Source: Deltaproteobacteria bacterium TL4 (GTDB lineage Bacteria; SAR324; NAC60-12). Taken from it: 64,000 nt of DNA. Shown piece after piece: positions 29,002-37,462 of this stretch. The notes beneath the pieces are model-generated. The model did not search any database. It worked only from the letters and a program-made list of their open reading frames with translations, and was not told the DNA's origin. A program made the translations under genes and the position numbers. The DNA lies in the NCBI GenBank assembly GCA_051382335.1, contig JBBCAX010000094.1, positions 20,462-84,461 of the forward strand, in the 5' to 3' direction. Position 1 is the first letter of the stretch; each line of letters starts with the position of its first letter.

Positions 29002-30105
29002 ATGAAAGCCCCTCACAAAAAAGAAAAACCCTTTAGATTATTGATGACCGGTGGAGGCTCTGGTGGTCCCACAACGCCGTTACTTGCGGTTTATGACGCT
29101 CTGGGTGAGTGTTTGGGAAGCGAGGGGCGGGAAGGTTTGTTTTTAGGCACAAAAACTGGCCCGGAACGGGGTATGGTCGAAAGAGCTCACATCCCGTTTG
29201 TGTCCATTCCCTCTGGGAAATTGCGACGCTACTGGAGTTGGCGAAACTTTGTGGATCCCGTTTCTATTTTCCTCGGTTTTTGGATCAGCCTTAAAATTTT
29301 GTGGCAATTTCGACCTCATGTGGTGGTTTCTGCGGGTAGCTTTGTCAGTGTCCCTGTCGCGTATGCCTCATGGTTACTACGAATTCCGCATGTGATTTTA
29401 CAGATGGATGTCAAACCGGGTTTGGCTAATCGCCTGATGGCGCCTGTCAGTTCTATTTTGGTCTATTTGTTTGATAAAAGCGCCGAGTCTTTTCAAATCA
29501 AATCAAAAATAAAAATTGGTCCCGTTGTTCGTTCTGATATCCGAAAGGCCTCTGCTGAATCCGCGAACGAACGCTTCCAACTCAATCCCCATAAACCCGT
29601 CTTACTCATCACCGGAGGAGGGCAGGGAGCGCTTAAAATCAATCAGGCGGTAGAAAAACTATTGGATCATTGGCTCCCTCATTATCAAGTGGTTCATTTG
29701 ACAGGCAAGGACTTGGCCGGAGTTCAAAAGGAGCACCCTGATTATCATGCGCTTTCATTTATTCATGAGGGCATGGGCGACCTTTTAGCACGCTCGGATC
29801 TGGTGATTACGAGAGCCGGTTTAGGAATCATAGGAGAGTTGGCTTCCTTGGCCAAAGATACCATCCTGGTTCCAATTCCGGGCACGCACCAGGAAATAAA
29901 TGGACGTTTGCTCACAGCTTCTCACGCGGCGATCGTCTTAGATCAGGATGTGTTTTTCAATGATGGAAAAAACTGGTGGGATCAATTTATACGCTCCTAT
30001 CAACCTGGGGTTATGGGAAACAACTTGAAAAAACTTCTCCCTTCAGGAGGAACTGAAGCGTTCGCGGAAATTTTGATTAAGGCTGGGGAGCACTCGGCAA
30101 CCTGA
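29002..30105 (+). CDS. murG: MurG-family glycosyltransferase (GT28)
   Basis: TGGGSGG, SGKLRRY, PGLANR, GGGQGA..IN, DLVITRAG, HQE.N. Confidence 0.85.
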   Translation: MKAPHKKEKPFRLLMTGGGSGGPTTPLLAVYDALGECLGSEGREGLFLGTKTGPERGMVERAHIPFVSIPSGKLRRYWSWRNFVDPVSIFLGFWISLKILWQFRPHVVVSAGSFVSVPVAYASWLLRIPHVILQMDVKPGLANRLMAPVSSILVYLFDKSAESFQIKSKIKIGPVVRSDIRKASAESANERFQLNPHKPVLLITGGGQGALKINQAVEKLLDHWLPHYQVVHLTGKDLAGVQKEHPDYHALSFIHEGMGDLLARSDLVITRAGLGIIGELASLAKDTILVPIPGTHQEINGRLLTASHAAIVLDQDVFFNDGKNWWDQFIRSYQPGVMGNNLKKLLPSGGTEAFAEILIKAGEHSAT

Positions 30106-31699
30106 ATTTAAAGGTACTGCCCTTGCCTTGTTCGCTTTCGGTCCAAAGGGTTCCATTGTTTTTTTCGAGCAGCTCTTTACATAATAAAAGTCCCAAGCCT
30201 GTTCCAGACTCATCGGCTGTGCCTCGAGTGGTATGGGGAACATCGATTCTAAAAAGCTGGTCCACCTGCTCCTGACTCATGCCTTTGCCATTGTCGGACA
30301 CCGCGACAATCACCTCGTTGTCATTGCTTTCTGAAGTTACTATAATTTGACCTCCTTTTTCGGTAAATTTGATCGCGTTTGAAATCAGGTTTCGTAAGAC
30401 GCCGTGGATCATATTTTCATCGGCGTAGGCAAATAAGGGTTGCTTAACCTGAGAAAGCAACCTAATGTTTTTAGACTGCGCATTGACCTCAAACAAGAGA
30501 ACATTTTCCTCCACAATTTTTTTTAGGCTAAGGGAACTGGGTTCACATTTGATCCGGCCTGTGTGAATTCTGGACCATTCGAGCATATTTTCCAATAAGC
30601 TATGAAGTCTTTTGGCCGCTTGGTTGATATTGTAAGCGGAACGTTGAATTTTCTGTGGAGAATAGGTGTGGGCTTTAGATTCCAGCAACTCGGAAAATCC
30701 AATCAAGCCCGTGAGTGGTGTTCTCAGATCATGAGAAACAATGGAAAAAAACTTGTCTTTATCCGCATTTAATTTTTCAAGTTCATAGGTGAATTTTTCC
30801 AACTGTTCTTCAGCATTTTTACGTTCCGTAATATCCGTGATGAAGCCTTCAATAAATTTAAGTTTTCCCTTTGAGTCAAAATAACCGTTTCCTTTATCAA
30901 GAACCCATTTTTCTTTATCCTTTGCCAAAATTCGATAAATTATTTCAAACGATTCTTTCGTTTGCACCGCTTTTAAAATTTTTTCTGCTAAAAGAGCTTT
31001 ATCCTCTGGATGAACCATACTGACAAAAGAACAATGAGACATTCCCAGCATTTCTTCCGCACTATAACCTGTTAACGCTTTTCCACCATCGCTAATATAG
31101 TCCATCGTCCATTCTTCGTCGTTCTGTCGTCTATATACCATTCCGGGCAAGTTGCTCATCAAATTAAGCAGGGCTCTTCTATTTTCCTGTAACGCATCAT
31201 CCACTTGTCGGCGGGCGAAGACTTCCAGTTCCAGATTTTCGTTTAAATGCTTTAAGTTTTCCGCATATTGATGCAGTTCCTGTCGAAGGCGGCGTTTCTC
31301 CAAGGCGTTTTCAACAGAAAATAAAAACTGAAGGGGGGATTGTAAGGGTTTGTTCAAGAAGTCAGATATTTGATATTGTTTCAGGAGGTTGTAAGCTTCA
31401 GATAAATCCTCATGGCCTGTCAGGAGGATCAAATCGGTATTTTGATCCTCTTTACGAATCTCTTTAATGAGTTCCTCTCCATCCATCCGCAGCATCTTTA
31501 AAGCAAGGACGATTACGTCATAAGGATTCAAAGCTCGGGCAATTTGCCACTTCTCGAACGCCTCTTTCCCATCAACGGCTTCATCTATTTGATGAGACGT
31601 CTTTTTACTTAAAATTTTAATCAAAGTGCTTCGAACATTAGGTTCATCATCGGCAATCAGGATATGAGATGATTTTGCTTCTGAATAGAGATTACTCAT
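30077..31699 (-). CDS. Hybrid sensor histidine kinase (atypical REC-PAS-HisKA-HATPase)
   Basis: SHDLRTPL, NLISNAIKF, DNGKG, GTGLGL; PAS VHPED; REC lacks the acceptor Asp. Confidence 0.92.
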   Translation of the reverse strand: MSNLYSEAKSSHILIADDEPNVRSTLIKILSKKTSHQIDEAVDGKEAFEKWQIARALNPYDVIVLALKMLRMDGEELIKEIRKEDQNTDLILLTGHEDLSEAYNLLKQYQISDFLNKPLQSPLQFLFSVENALEKRRLRQELHQYAENLKHLNENLELEVFARRQVDDALQENRRALLNLMSNLPGMVYRRQNDEEWTMDYISDGGKALTGYSAEEMLGMSHCSFVSMVHPEDKALLAEKILKAVQTKESFEIIYRILAKDKEKWVLDKGNGYFDSKGKLKFIEGFITDITERKNAEEQLEKFTYELEKLNADKDKFFSIVSHDLRTPLTGLIGFSELLESKAHTYSPQKIQRSAYNINQAAKRLHSLLENMLEWSRIHTGRIKCEPSSLSLKKIVEENVLLFEVNAQSKNIRLLSQVKQPLFAYADENMIHGVLRNLISNAIKFTEKGGQIIVTSESNDNEVIVAVSDNGKGMSQEQVDQLFRIDVPHTTRGTADESGTGLGLLLCKELLEKNNGTLWTESEQGKGSTFKFRLPSAPQP

Positions 31700-31809
31700 A
31701 GGATGACTCTGTTACTGTTACCTGATAAGGCCACGACTCCGTTTCCGCGAATATAGGGACCTTTTCAATTATAGACTTTTTCAATTATAGACTTTCAGAT
31801 AAATCGTTC

Positions 31810-31842
31810 CTGGGAATGCGGGCAAGATGCCCGCGTTCTCAG
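31810..31842. repeat. REP-like palindrome
   Basis: CTGGGAATGCGGGCA-AGA-TGCCCGCGTTCTCAG. Confidence 0.7.
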
Positions 31843-31874
31843 AACAAAACTTTTCTGGAGAAGTATAACAACTC

Positions 31875-31997
31875 GGGGTTGCCTCTAAGTTCGGCCATTT
31901 TGACGGTAGCCCTGGGTTTCGTCCCAGGGGATACTGCGCACATTGTTCCTCGGGGCGAAACCCGAGGCTACCCCTGGCTGAAGTTAGACCCAACCCC
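31875..31997. mobile_element. 123-bp MITE (family E) with 8-bp target duplication and a GTAG REP doublet
   Basis: TIRs GGGGTTGCCTCTAAGTTCGGCCA / rc GGGGTTGGGTCTAACTTCAGCCA; AACAACTC at 31867-31874 and 31998-32005; doublet 31906-31971. Confidence 0.85.
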
Positions 31998-32183
31998 AAC
32001 AACTCTTTGTCCTATAGAACTTGTAAACGAAAAAATAAAGATCTAGAATTTTAAAAAGAGAGAAATGTTGCGGACAAACGCGAAAAATGTTACGAACAGG
32101 AAAGAGCTGTTTTTTTTAGCAAGAGTCTCTCCGTCTGCAAATCTCATTGTCATCATTATGAAATCTTAAGAAGAGGGGTAACA

Positions 32184-33164
32184 ATGTTCTCAACAATAAT
32201 GCGGTTACTATTCAAGGTCGGTGTGGGATTGTGTCTTTGGACCTTCAGTCATACCACTCTTTATGCGGAAACCTGCTATGTGCTCATCAAGAAGGCAGGA
32301 AATTTTGATCCGAAAATCATTGAGGCTTCTTCAATATCCCTGATGGCTCAACATGTTGAACCTGTTGAGCCTCCGCCTTATTCTGGAATCCGTTCTTCTG
32401 ATTGTGCCTATACGGTTAGTGTGAGCGAGTCGATGCAAGGCTTTTTGGTCCTGATTTCAGGTCGAAAAATTAATGCGATGGGTAATTCGAGGATCCCGGG
32501 GTTGGATGGGGTGAATCAAGCCATGCTCAGAGCCTTTTATCGAACGGTAAACCCCCAGGAGCAACAACAGATCTGTACCCGTTATCCGCAATTGATGAAA
32601 GAGGATTGTAAAACCATTTCCGCCACTATTTTCTTTTTTGATGGCCAGGGTCGCATGATTGAGGAAGGCAGTACTGTTAAAAAAGGAGATGAGTTTAATG
32701 TCATGTTGAAGCCGGACGGAGATCTTTACGCTTATGTCCTCAATCAAGACACCCAGGGAAATTTTTTCCGGATCTTTCCGAACCAGGAGGTTTCCCCTCA
32801 GACCAACCCTTTAAAAGACCGTACTTCTTATACTTTTCCGACTAAGACCAGTGGACTGATCTTCAGTTTTGATGAAAACACTGGAGAGGAACATTTTTTC
32901 TTTATTTTATCCGCATCGCCCCTGGATGACCTGGATGAGTTGTTCCTGCAGTTGGAGCAGGCCAAAAGTGAGAAAGCGCGAAATGACGTTCTCCCTTTGT
33001 TAGTCAATGCGGTGCGTTCAAGAGGAATGGCGCTGAAAAATAAAAAGACGCCGGTCCAAGTGCCTTCCTCCCAAACCAACATCAAACTGGAAGCTAAAAT
33101 AGGTGAGCTTGTCGAAGGGAAAGGGGCCCTCGTTAAAACCGTCCGCCTCAATCATATTCGATAG
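32184..33164 (+). CDS. Secreted protein with DUF4384-like C-terminal domain
   Basis: Signal peptide; GD.F.V.......YAYVLNQD..G....IFP and FDENTGEE.F.FI.S..PL patterns. Confidence 0.7.
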   Translation: MFSTIMRLLFKVGVGLCLWTFSHTTLYAETCYVLIKKAGNFDPKIIEASSISLMAQHVEPVEPPPYSGIRSSDCAYTVSVSESMQGFLVLISGRKINAMGNSRIPGLDGVNQAMLRAFYRTVNPQEQQQICTRYPQLMKEDCKTISATIFFFDGQGRMIEEGSTVKKGDEFNVMLKPDGDLYAYVLNQDTQGNFFRIFPNQEVSPQTNPLKDRTSYTFPTKTSGLIFSFDENTGEEHFFFILSASPLDDLDELFLQLEQAKSEKARNDVLPLLVNAVRSRGMALKNKKTPVQVPSSQTNIKLEAKIGELVEGKGALVKTVRLNHIR

Positions 33165-33285
33165 TGGTTTTATTAGGGACGGCTTCATGGAATGGGGAGG
33201 GATGAATTGAAACATGGGACGCTCAACAAAAAATACCAATCTTGGCATGAGAAAGGAATGATTCGTTTGCGAAAGGAGATTGACC

Positions 33286-33644
33286 ATGATCCGAAAATTA
33301 AAATTGGTAAAATTCACAGCCTTTGAAGCTCTGGATATTAATTTTTCTCCTGGTCTCAATATCTTTGTGGGGGAAAATGGCACAGGAAAAACCCCTATTC
33401 TCAAGCAGTTTACTCAGCCTGTGATATCACCAGAAGCCAGAAAAGCCTTGCTGAAAAACTGACAAATGTGTTTCTTCCGAGCAACAAGGCACTTGGTCGT
33501 TTGGTTAGAAGAACCAAGAGGAGTTCCGAAGGTTCCGTGGAAGTGGTTCGGGAGGTTCAAGGAAAACCAGTTTCCATCAAACTCTTATTTTCCAATCATA
33601 TAACCACCTTCAATCATAAAAATGGAAGGATGGCGTTCGTCTGA
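33286..33644 (+). pseudogene. Frameshifted, truncated ABC/AAA-type ATPase (N-terminal fragment)
   Basis: AAGGAG RBS; LNIFVGENGTGKT Walker A; 1-nt frameshift near 33403, then AVYSACDIT...AEKL..VFLPS...GRLVRR; stop at 33644. Confidence 0.8.
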
Positions 33645-33663
33645 AATTTCACATAAAATAAAT

Positions 33664-33683
33664 TTCATTCAGGGGTATTGCCC
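33664..33683. repeat. Solo TIR of MITE family B
   Basis: TTCATTCAGGGGTATTGCCC, 18/20 identical to 52337-52356. Confidence 0.7.
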
Positions 33684-33738
33684 CAAGTCCCCAATGTGCA
33701 GAAAAGTATGGAAACAACTAGTTGTGCTTTTGGCACAG

Positions 33739-35034
33739 CTATAATTGAAGGTCAACGTTTGGTCGGTAAGGGGGTAAGCAAATACGAAATGTGGCGCCCT
33801 GCCCTCTTTGGCTTTCGACTTCGATCTTTCCTTGATGGGATTTAATAATGCCATGAGATATGGATAACCCCAATCCCGTTCCTTTTCCAACCTCTTTGGT
33901 AGTAAAAAAGGGATCAAATATATTTTCAAGGTCCTCGGGTTTAATGCCTTCTCCCGTGTCTCTGACCTCAATCACCACATAACCGTCTTTTTGATAAGTG
34001 CGTATCCACAACTCCTTTTGAGACACGTAGTCCATCGCGTCTTTGGCATTGGTAAATAAATTTGTAAGGACCTGCTCAAGCTGACTGGGATTGCAATAAA
34101 GAGCAGGGAGGTCCTTTGAATATTCTTTAAAAACGATCACTCCCTGTAATTTGATCTGTTCATTCACCAAGATAAATGAGTCTTCTATAATTCGGTCAAC
34201 AGTCTCAACTCTGAATTCCTGCAATTGAGAATCCTGCCCAAAGGTTCGCAGATGATTCGTAATCTTGGAAGCTCGTTCAACTTGTCCCAAGACCGCCTCG
34301 AGAGAAGGACGAGGGTCTTGAATCCTTTCAGTTTCCCAGGAGTTTATCAGATTCTCACAATAAACCTGAATGATGCTCAGTGGTTGGTTGAGTTCATGCG
34401 CTATGCCTGTGGCAACTTCCCCCAATGACGCTAATTTTGCGGATTGAATGAGCTGAGCCTGGGTTTCTCTCAGTTCCTTATTTGCCTGCTGAAGTTGATG
34501 AATTGCTTGTTGTAAGCGCTCTTGAGTCAACTTGTTTTCCAGCACCTCTTTTCCAATACTCACATAATTAACGATCAGGCCCTGATCATTTTTAATTGAA
34601 GACAACACCTCTTCCACATGGAAAAAGGATCCGTTTTTATTTTTGTTGATGAACTCGGCTTGAAACGTTTCGCCTTTCGAAAGGGTTGACCACAACTCCT
34701 CATAAAACAACTTACTCTGTTTTCCCGATTTAAACAAACTTGGTTTTTGGCCTAGTAACTCCGCTTGCGCATACCCGCTTTTCTTCTCAAAAGCAGGGTT
34801 CACATATTTAATCGCACCCTCTTTATTGGTAATCATGATTTGATTTGTGGTTTGTTCGACCGCATCCGTCAGGATTTTTAAGAGAGTTTCCTTTTTATTT
34901 TCATCACTCACAGAGATGAGGTCATCATTGCCAACCAATATATTCAACATAAGCTTTTCCAATATTTCTAAAGCATTTCTTAAAATAATAATGGAGCCGT
35001 CAAAATTACTGAATCCGCCCTGCTTTATACCCAC
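33739..35034 (-). CDS. PAS-domain sensor histidine kinase (NtrB-like)
   Basis: YVNPAF..SGY...ELLG PAS; AHELNQPL; NLFTNA.DA; FDPFFTTKEVGKGTGLGL; start may be 34950. Confidence 0.92.
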   Translation of the reverse strand: MGIKQGGFSNFDGSIIILRNALEILEKLMLNILVGNDDLISVSDENKKETLLKILTDAVEQTTNQIMITNKEGAIKYVNPAFEKKSGYAQAELLGQKPSLFKSGKQSKLFYEELWSTLSKGETFQAEFINKNKNGSFFHVEEVLSSIKNDQGLIVNYVSIGKEVLENKLTQERLQQAIHQLQQANKELRETQAQLIQSAKLASLGEVATGIAHELNQPLSIIQVYCENLINSWETERIQDPRPSLEAVLGQVERASKITNHLRTFGQDSQLQEFRVETVDRIIEDSFILVNEQIKLQGVIVFKEYSKDLPALYCNPSQLEQVLTNLFTNAKDAMDYVSQKELWIRTYQKDGYVVIEVRDTGEGIKPEDLENIFDPFFTTKEVGKGTGLGLSISHGIIKSHQGKIEVESQRGQGATFRICLPPYRPNVDLQL

Positions 35035-35750
35035 TTTTCGGTTCTGGAATTTTCCTTCACCTGTTCTTTTAACTCAATATATAGTTGATCAAATTTAAGT
35101 TCCAAGAAAGAGAGTGTATTTGCAAAAATCACAAGCCCATTACTCACCGCATCTGAGTACAAATTAGCTCCATTTCGTATTCTCTGCAATAAATTATTCA
35201 GAACATGATTCAGCATCTTGAGTTGACCCTTAAATTTTTCCAGATTATGAGGAGCACCGGGTGATGTGAACGATTCTTCAACCAGGAAGGTCGAAAATAG
35301 CACATAAAACAGTTTATCCGGATTTGCACTCGGTAAATAATTACGGCGTTCCCATTGGTGGTGTTTAAATACGGAGCATTTTGAATACAATAAAATGAAC
35401 CACATGGTGTTGAAGAATAGGGTTTGAGCATCCCCCTTGATGCGAATTTCAGTGACCTCTTCTGGATAGATAGTCATCAGACCATTCACTATGGAGTCCT
35501 TATTAGAAAAAAAGTTAATGATTTCTTCTAGTTCCACTCCCAAGCGACAATAGTCAATCTCAGGACCATGTGCTATATTTCCAGGGCAGGACATACAGTC
35601 AAAACTTGTCCAGAAGGGAACAGTCTCCTTTTTTATTGAAGAATTGGGATCTATAAAAAGTTCCTCATTATCGTCGAATTTAATTCTGGCACTTGGAAAA
35701 ATCATAATCTTTCGGATTCCTTTCAATTTAAGACAGTCCTCTAACTCCAT
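35025..35750 (-). CDS. Conserved Cys-containing protein (DUF6901-like)
   Basis: P.WT....C..C.....C, AQ...SKC, SDA..N.LV pattern recalled for this family; overlaps the kinase 5' end. Confidence 0.55.
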   Translation of the reverse strand: MELEDCLKLKGIRKIMIFPSARIKFDDNEELFIDPNSSIKKETVPFWTSFDCMSCPGNIAHGPEIDYCRLGVELEEIINFFSNKDSIVNGLMTIYPEEVTEIRIKGDAQTLFFNTMWFILLYSKCSVFKHHQWERRNYLPSANPDKLFYVLFSTFLVEESFTSPGAPHNLEKFKGQLKMLNHVLNNLLQRIRNGANLYSDAVSNGLVIFANTLSFLELKFDQLYIELKEQVKENSRTEKWV

Positions 35751-35755
35751 TCACA

Positions 35756-35782
35756 AGAAAAGGAGCATCCCGCTTCTTTTTT
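35756..35782. terminator. Terminator-like hairpin upstream of the DUF6901-like gene
   Basis: AAGAAAAGGAGC-ATCCC-GCTTCTTTTTT. Confidence 0.5.
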
Positions 35783-36144
35783 AGTCCGGCGATTAATCAC
35801 TGGACTCAAATCAGATAGTCTCTAACGGGACAAAAAATCTGTTTTCTTACAGTTGTGAATGCGTCAGTTGGAGACTCTCCCCATCAGCAAAGGTACACAG
35901 GATTAACCTGTGCAAACTATAAGCCACTATTTCTTGCTGTGAATTTTCCTGTGATAAAGAAAATGAAGGATGAGTTAGCGTAGTAACCCCTCAAAATTCA
36001 AGGCTGTGATGTGTTCCGTTTTCGTTTATACACCCTACAAAATAAGCCATTACAAGAAAATTTACAGGAAGTGTATTTTTGAAAGGTGCCATTTTTTCGT
36101 ATTCTTTCGTGGTTTTATTGAGGAGGGGCATTATCATATTCTAC

Positions 36145-36172
36145 TTGATTGATAAAAATCTGATTGTATACT
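36145..36172 (+). promoter_or_regulatory. Candidate sigma70 promoter for the GT2 pair
   Basis: TTGATT-N16-TATACT. Confidence 0.4.
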
Positions 36173-36207
36173 CTCGATTATCGAGATATCTACCCTTTCT
36201 TCAAATA

Positions 36208-36397
36208 TAGACGTTCATTTAAATAAATTCCTTTGAGTCTAACCTAGACGGTGGAGTACCAAAGCTTGCTTTGGCCAAAGCCAAAGAAAGGCCATCGCCT
36301 TTCTGGCCAAAGCAAGCTTTGGCACTCCTGAAACAGCGTTGTTTAAACGGATCACGCAACAGGATGAGTTTTCTGAATATATTTAAATGAACATCTA
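36208..36397. mobile_element. 190-bp MITE (family A) carrying a GGAG REP doublet
   Basis: 17-bp TIR TAGA(C/T)GTTCATTTAAAT; internal GGAGT(A/G)CCAAAGCTTGCTTTGGC inverted pair; inverted near-identical copy at 51734-51923. Confidence 0.9.
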
Positions 36398-36485
36398 ATT
36401 GGTCTTTAAAAAAATATTGACAAAGACATGTCGATATTGGCAACGTCTCAATTTGTTACTCTAATTTGAACCACGCCGAATTTTT

Positions 36486-36543
36486 GGTGGGTTACGCTGC
36501 GCTAACCCTCCCTACAACTTTGTTCAGGCTTAAGTGAGTCGCC
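36486..36543. repeat. Single GTAG REP plus solo family C TIR
   Basis: rc GTAGGGAGGGTTAGCGCAGCGTAACCCACC; GGCTTAAGTGAGTCGCC matches GGCTTAAGTGAGTAGCC at 52228-52244. Confidence 0.7.
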
Positions 36544-36574
36544 TTGAGCTAACCGAGAACCAACGCTCAGCCTA

Positions 36575-37462
36575 TTGAAAATGATGTCAAAACTCTGTGC
36601 CATAGTTGTCAGCTATCATCCTGACGCCAGTCTGATTGAAAATATTAATGCCTTGTTGGCTGAAGTTGAAGAAGTCATTATTGTTGATAATGGTTCCGGG
36701 GGAGAAGCGAAAACCCGGATATCGCAACTGGAACAAGGACGGTCCCTCACCGTAATTCAAAATGAATCCAATCTGGGAATTGCTACAGCGTTGAATCAAG
36801 GCGTCCGGTACGCCTTAAGTAAAAACTATGACTGGATCGCGACCTTTGATCAAGATAGCCTGATCACTCCAGGATTCTTTCAAAAAATGCGGTTGGCCTA
36901 TCAAACCTGTCCATTTCAACAACAAGTCGCGCTCATCACTCCCATTTATTTTGATCCAGGGACTCAAGCCTTTACCAAATCCAGAAAGTGTACGGGAACC
37001 ACTCCTTATGCCGAAATAATCGCGAACATGACCTCTGGAACCCTGATCAAAAAAGAGATTTTCCAGACGGTGGGTTTCTTTAAAGAGGATTATTTTGTGG
37101 ATTATGTGGATTATGAATTCTGCCTTCGTGTTCGAAAACACGGCTTCCGTATCCTCCAAGCCTGCGGTGCCGTTTTAAATCACCAAAGAGGACACATGAC
37201 CAAGCACCAAATCCTTTCAAAACCCTTATTAACCAGTAATCATCCACCCGTCAGACGCTATTACAACGCCCGAAACCGGATGCTTTTTTACAAGTCTTAC
37301 TGGAAACAGGAACCGATTTTTTTAATCAGGGATTTTATAGATTTTTCTTATGATGTAATCAAAATTATTCTGCTGGAAGCTGATAAGTCGGCTAAGCTAA
37401 AAAAACTTTTTCTGGGGATTTGGCATGGAATCGTCGGAAAGACAGGCCCTTATGGACGCTAA
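36575..37462 (+). CDS. Glycosyltransferase family 2 (rhamnosyltransferase-like)
   Basis: VSYHP, IVDNGS, NLGIATALNQG, FDQDS, FVDYVDYE, RRYY..RN. Confidence 0.9.
   Translation: MKMMSKLCAIVVSYHPDASLIENINALLAEVEEVIIVDNGSGGEAKTRISQLEQGRSLTVIQNESNLGIATALNQGVRYALSKNYDWIATFDQDSLITPGFFQKMRLAYQTCPFQQQVALITPIYFDPGTQAFTKSRKCTGTTPYAEIIANMTSGTLIKKEIFQTVGFFKEDYFVDYVDYEFCLRVRKHGFRILQACGAVLNHQRGHMTKHQILSKPLLTSNHPPVRRYYNARNRMLFYKSYWKQEPIFLIRDFIDFSYDVIKIILLEADKSAKLKKLFLGIWHGIVGKTGPYGR

Noticed and set aside
31781..32046. ORFs 31781-32002 and 31816-32046
   Set aside because: They span palindromic repeat elements; chance open frames
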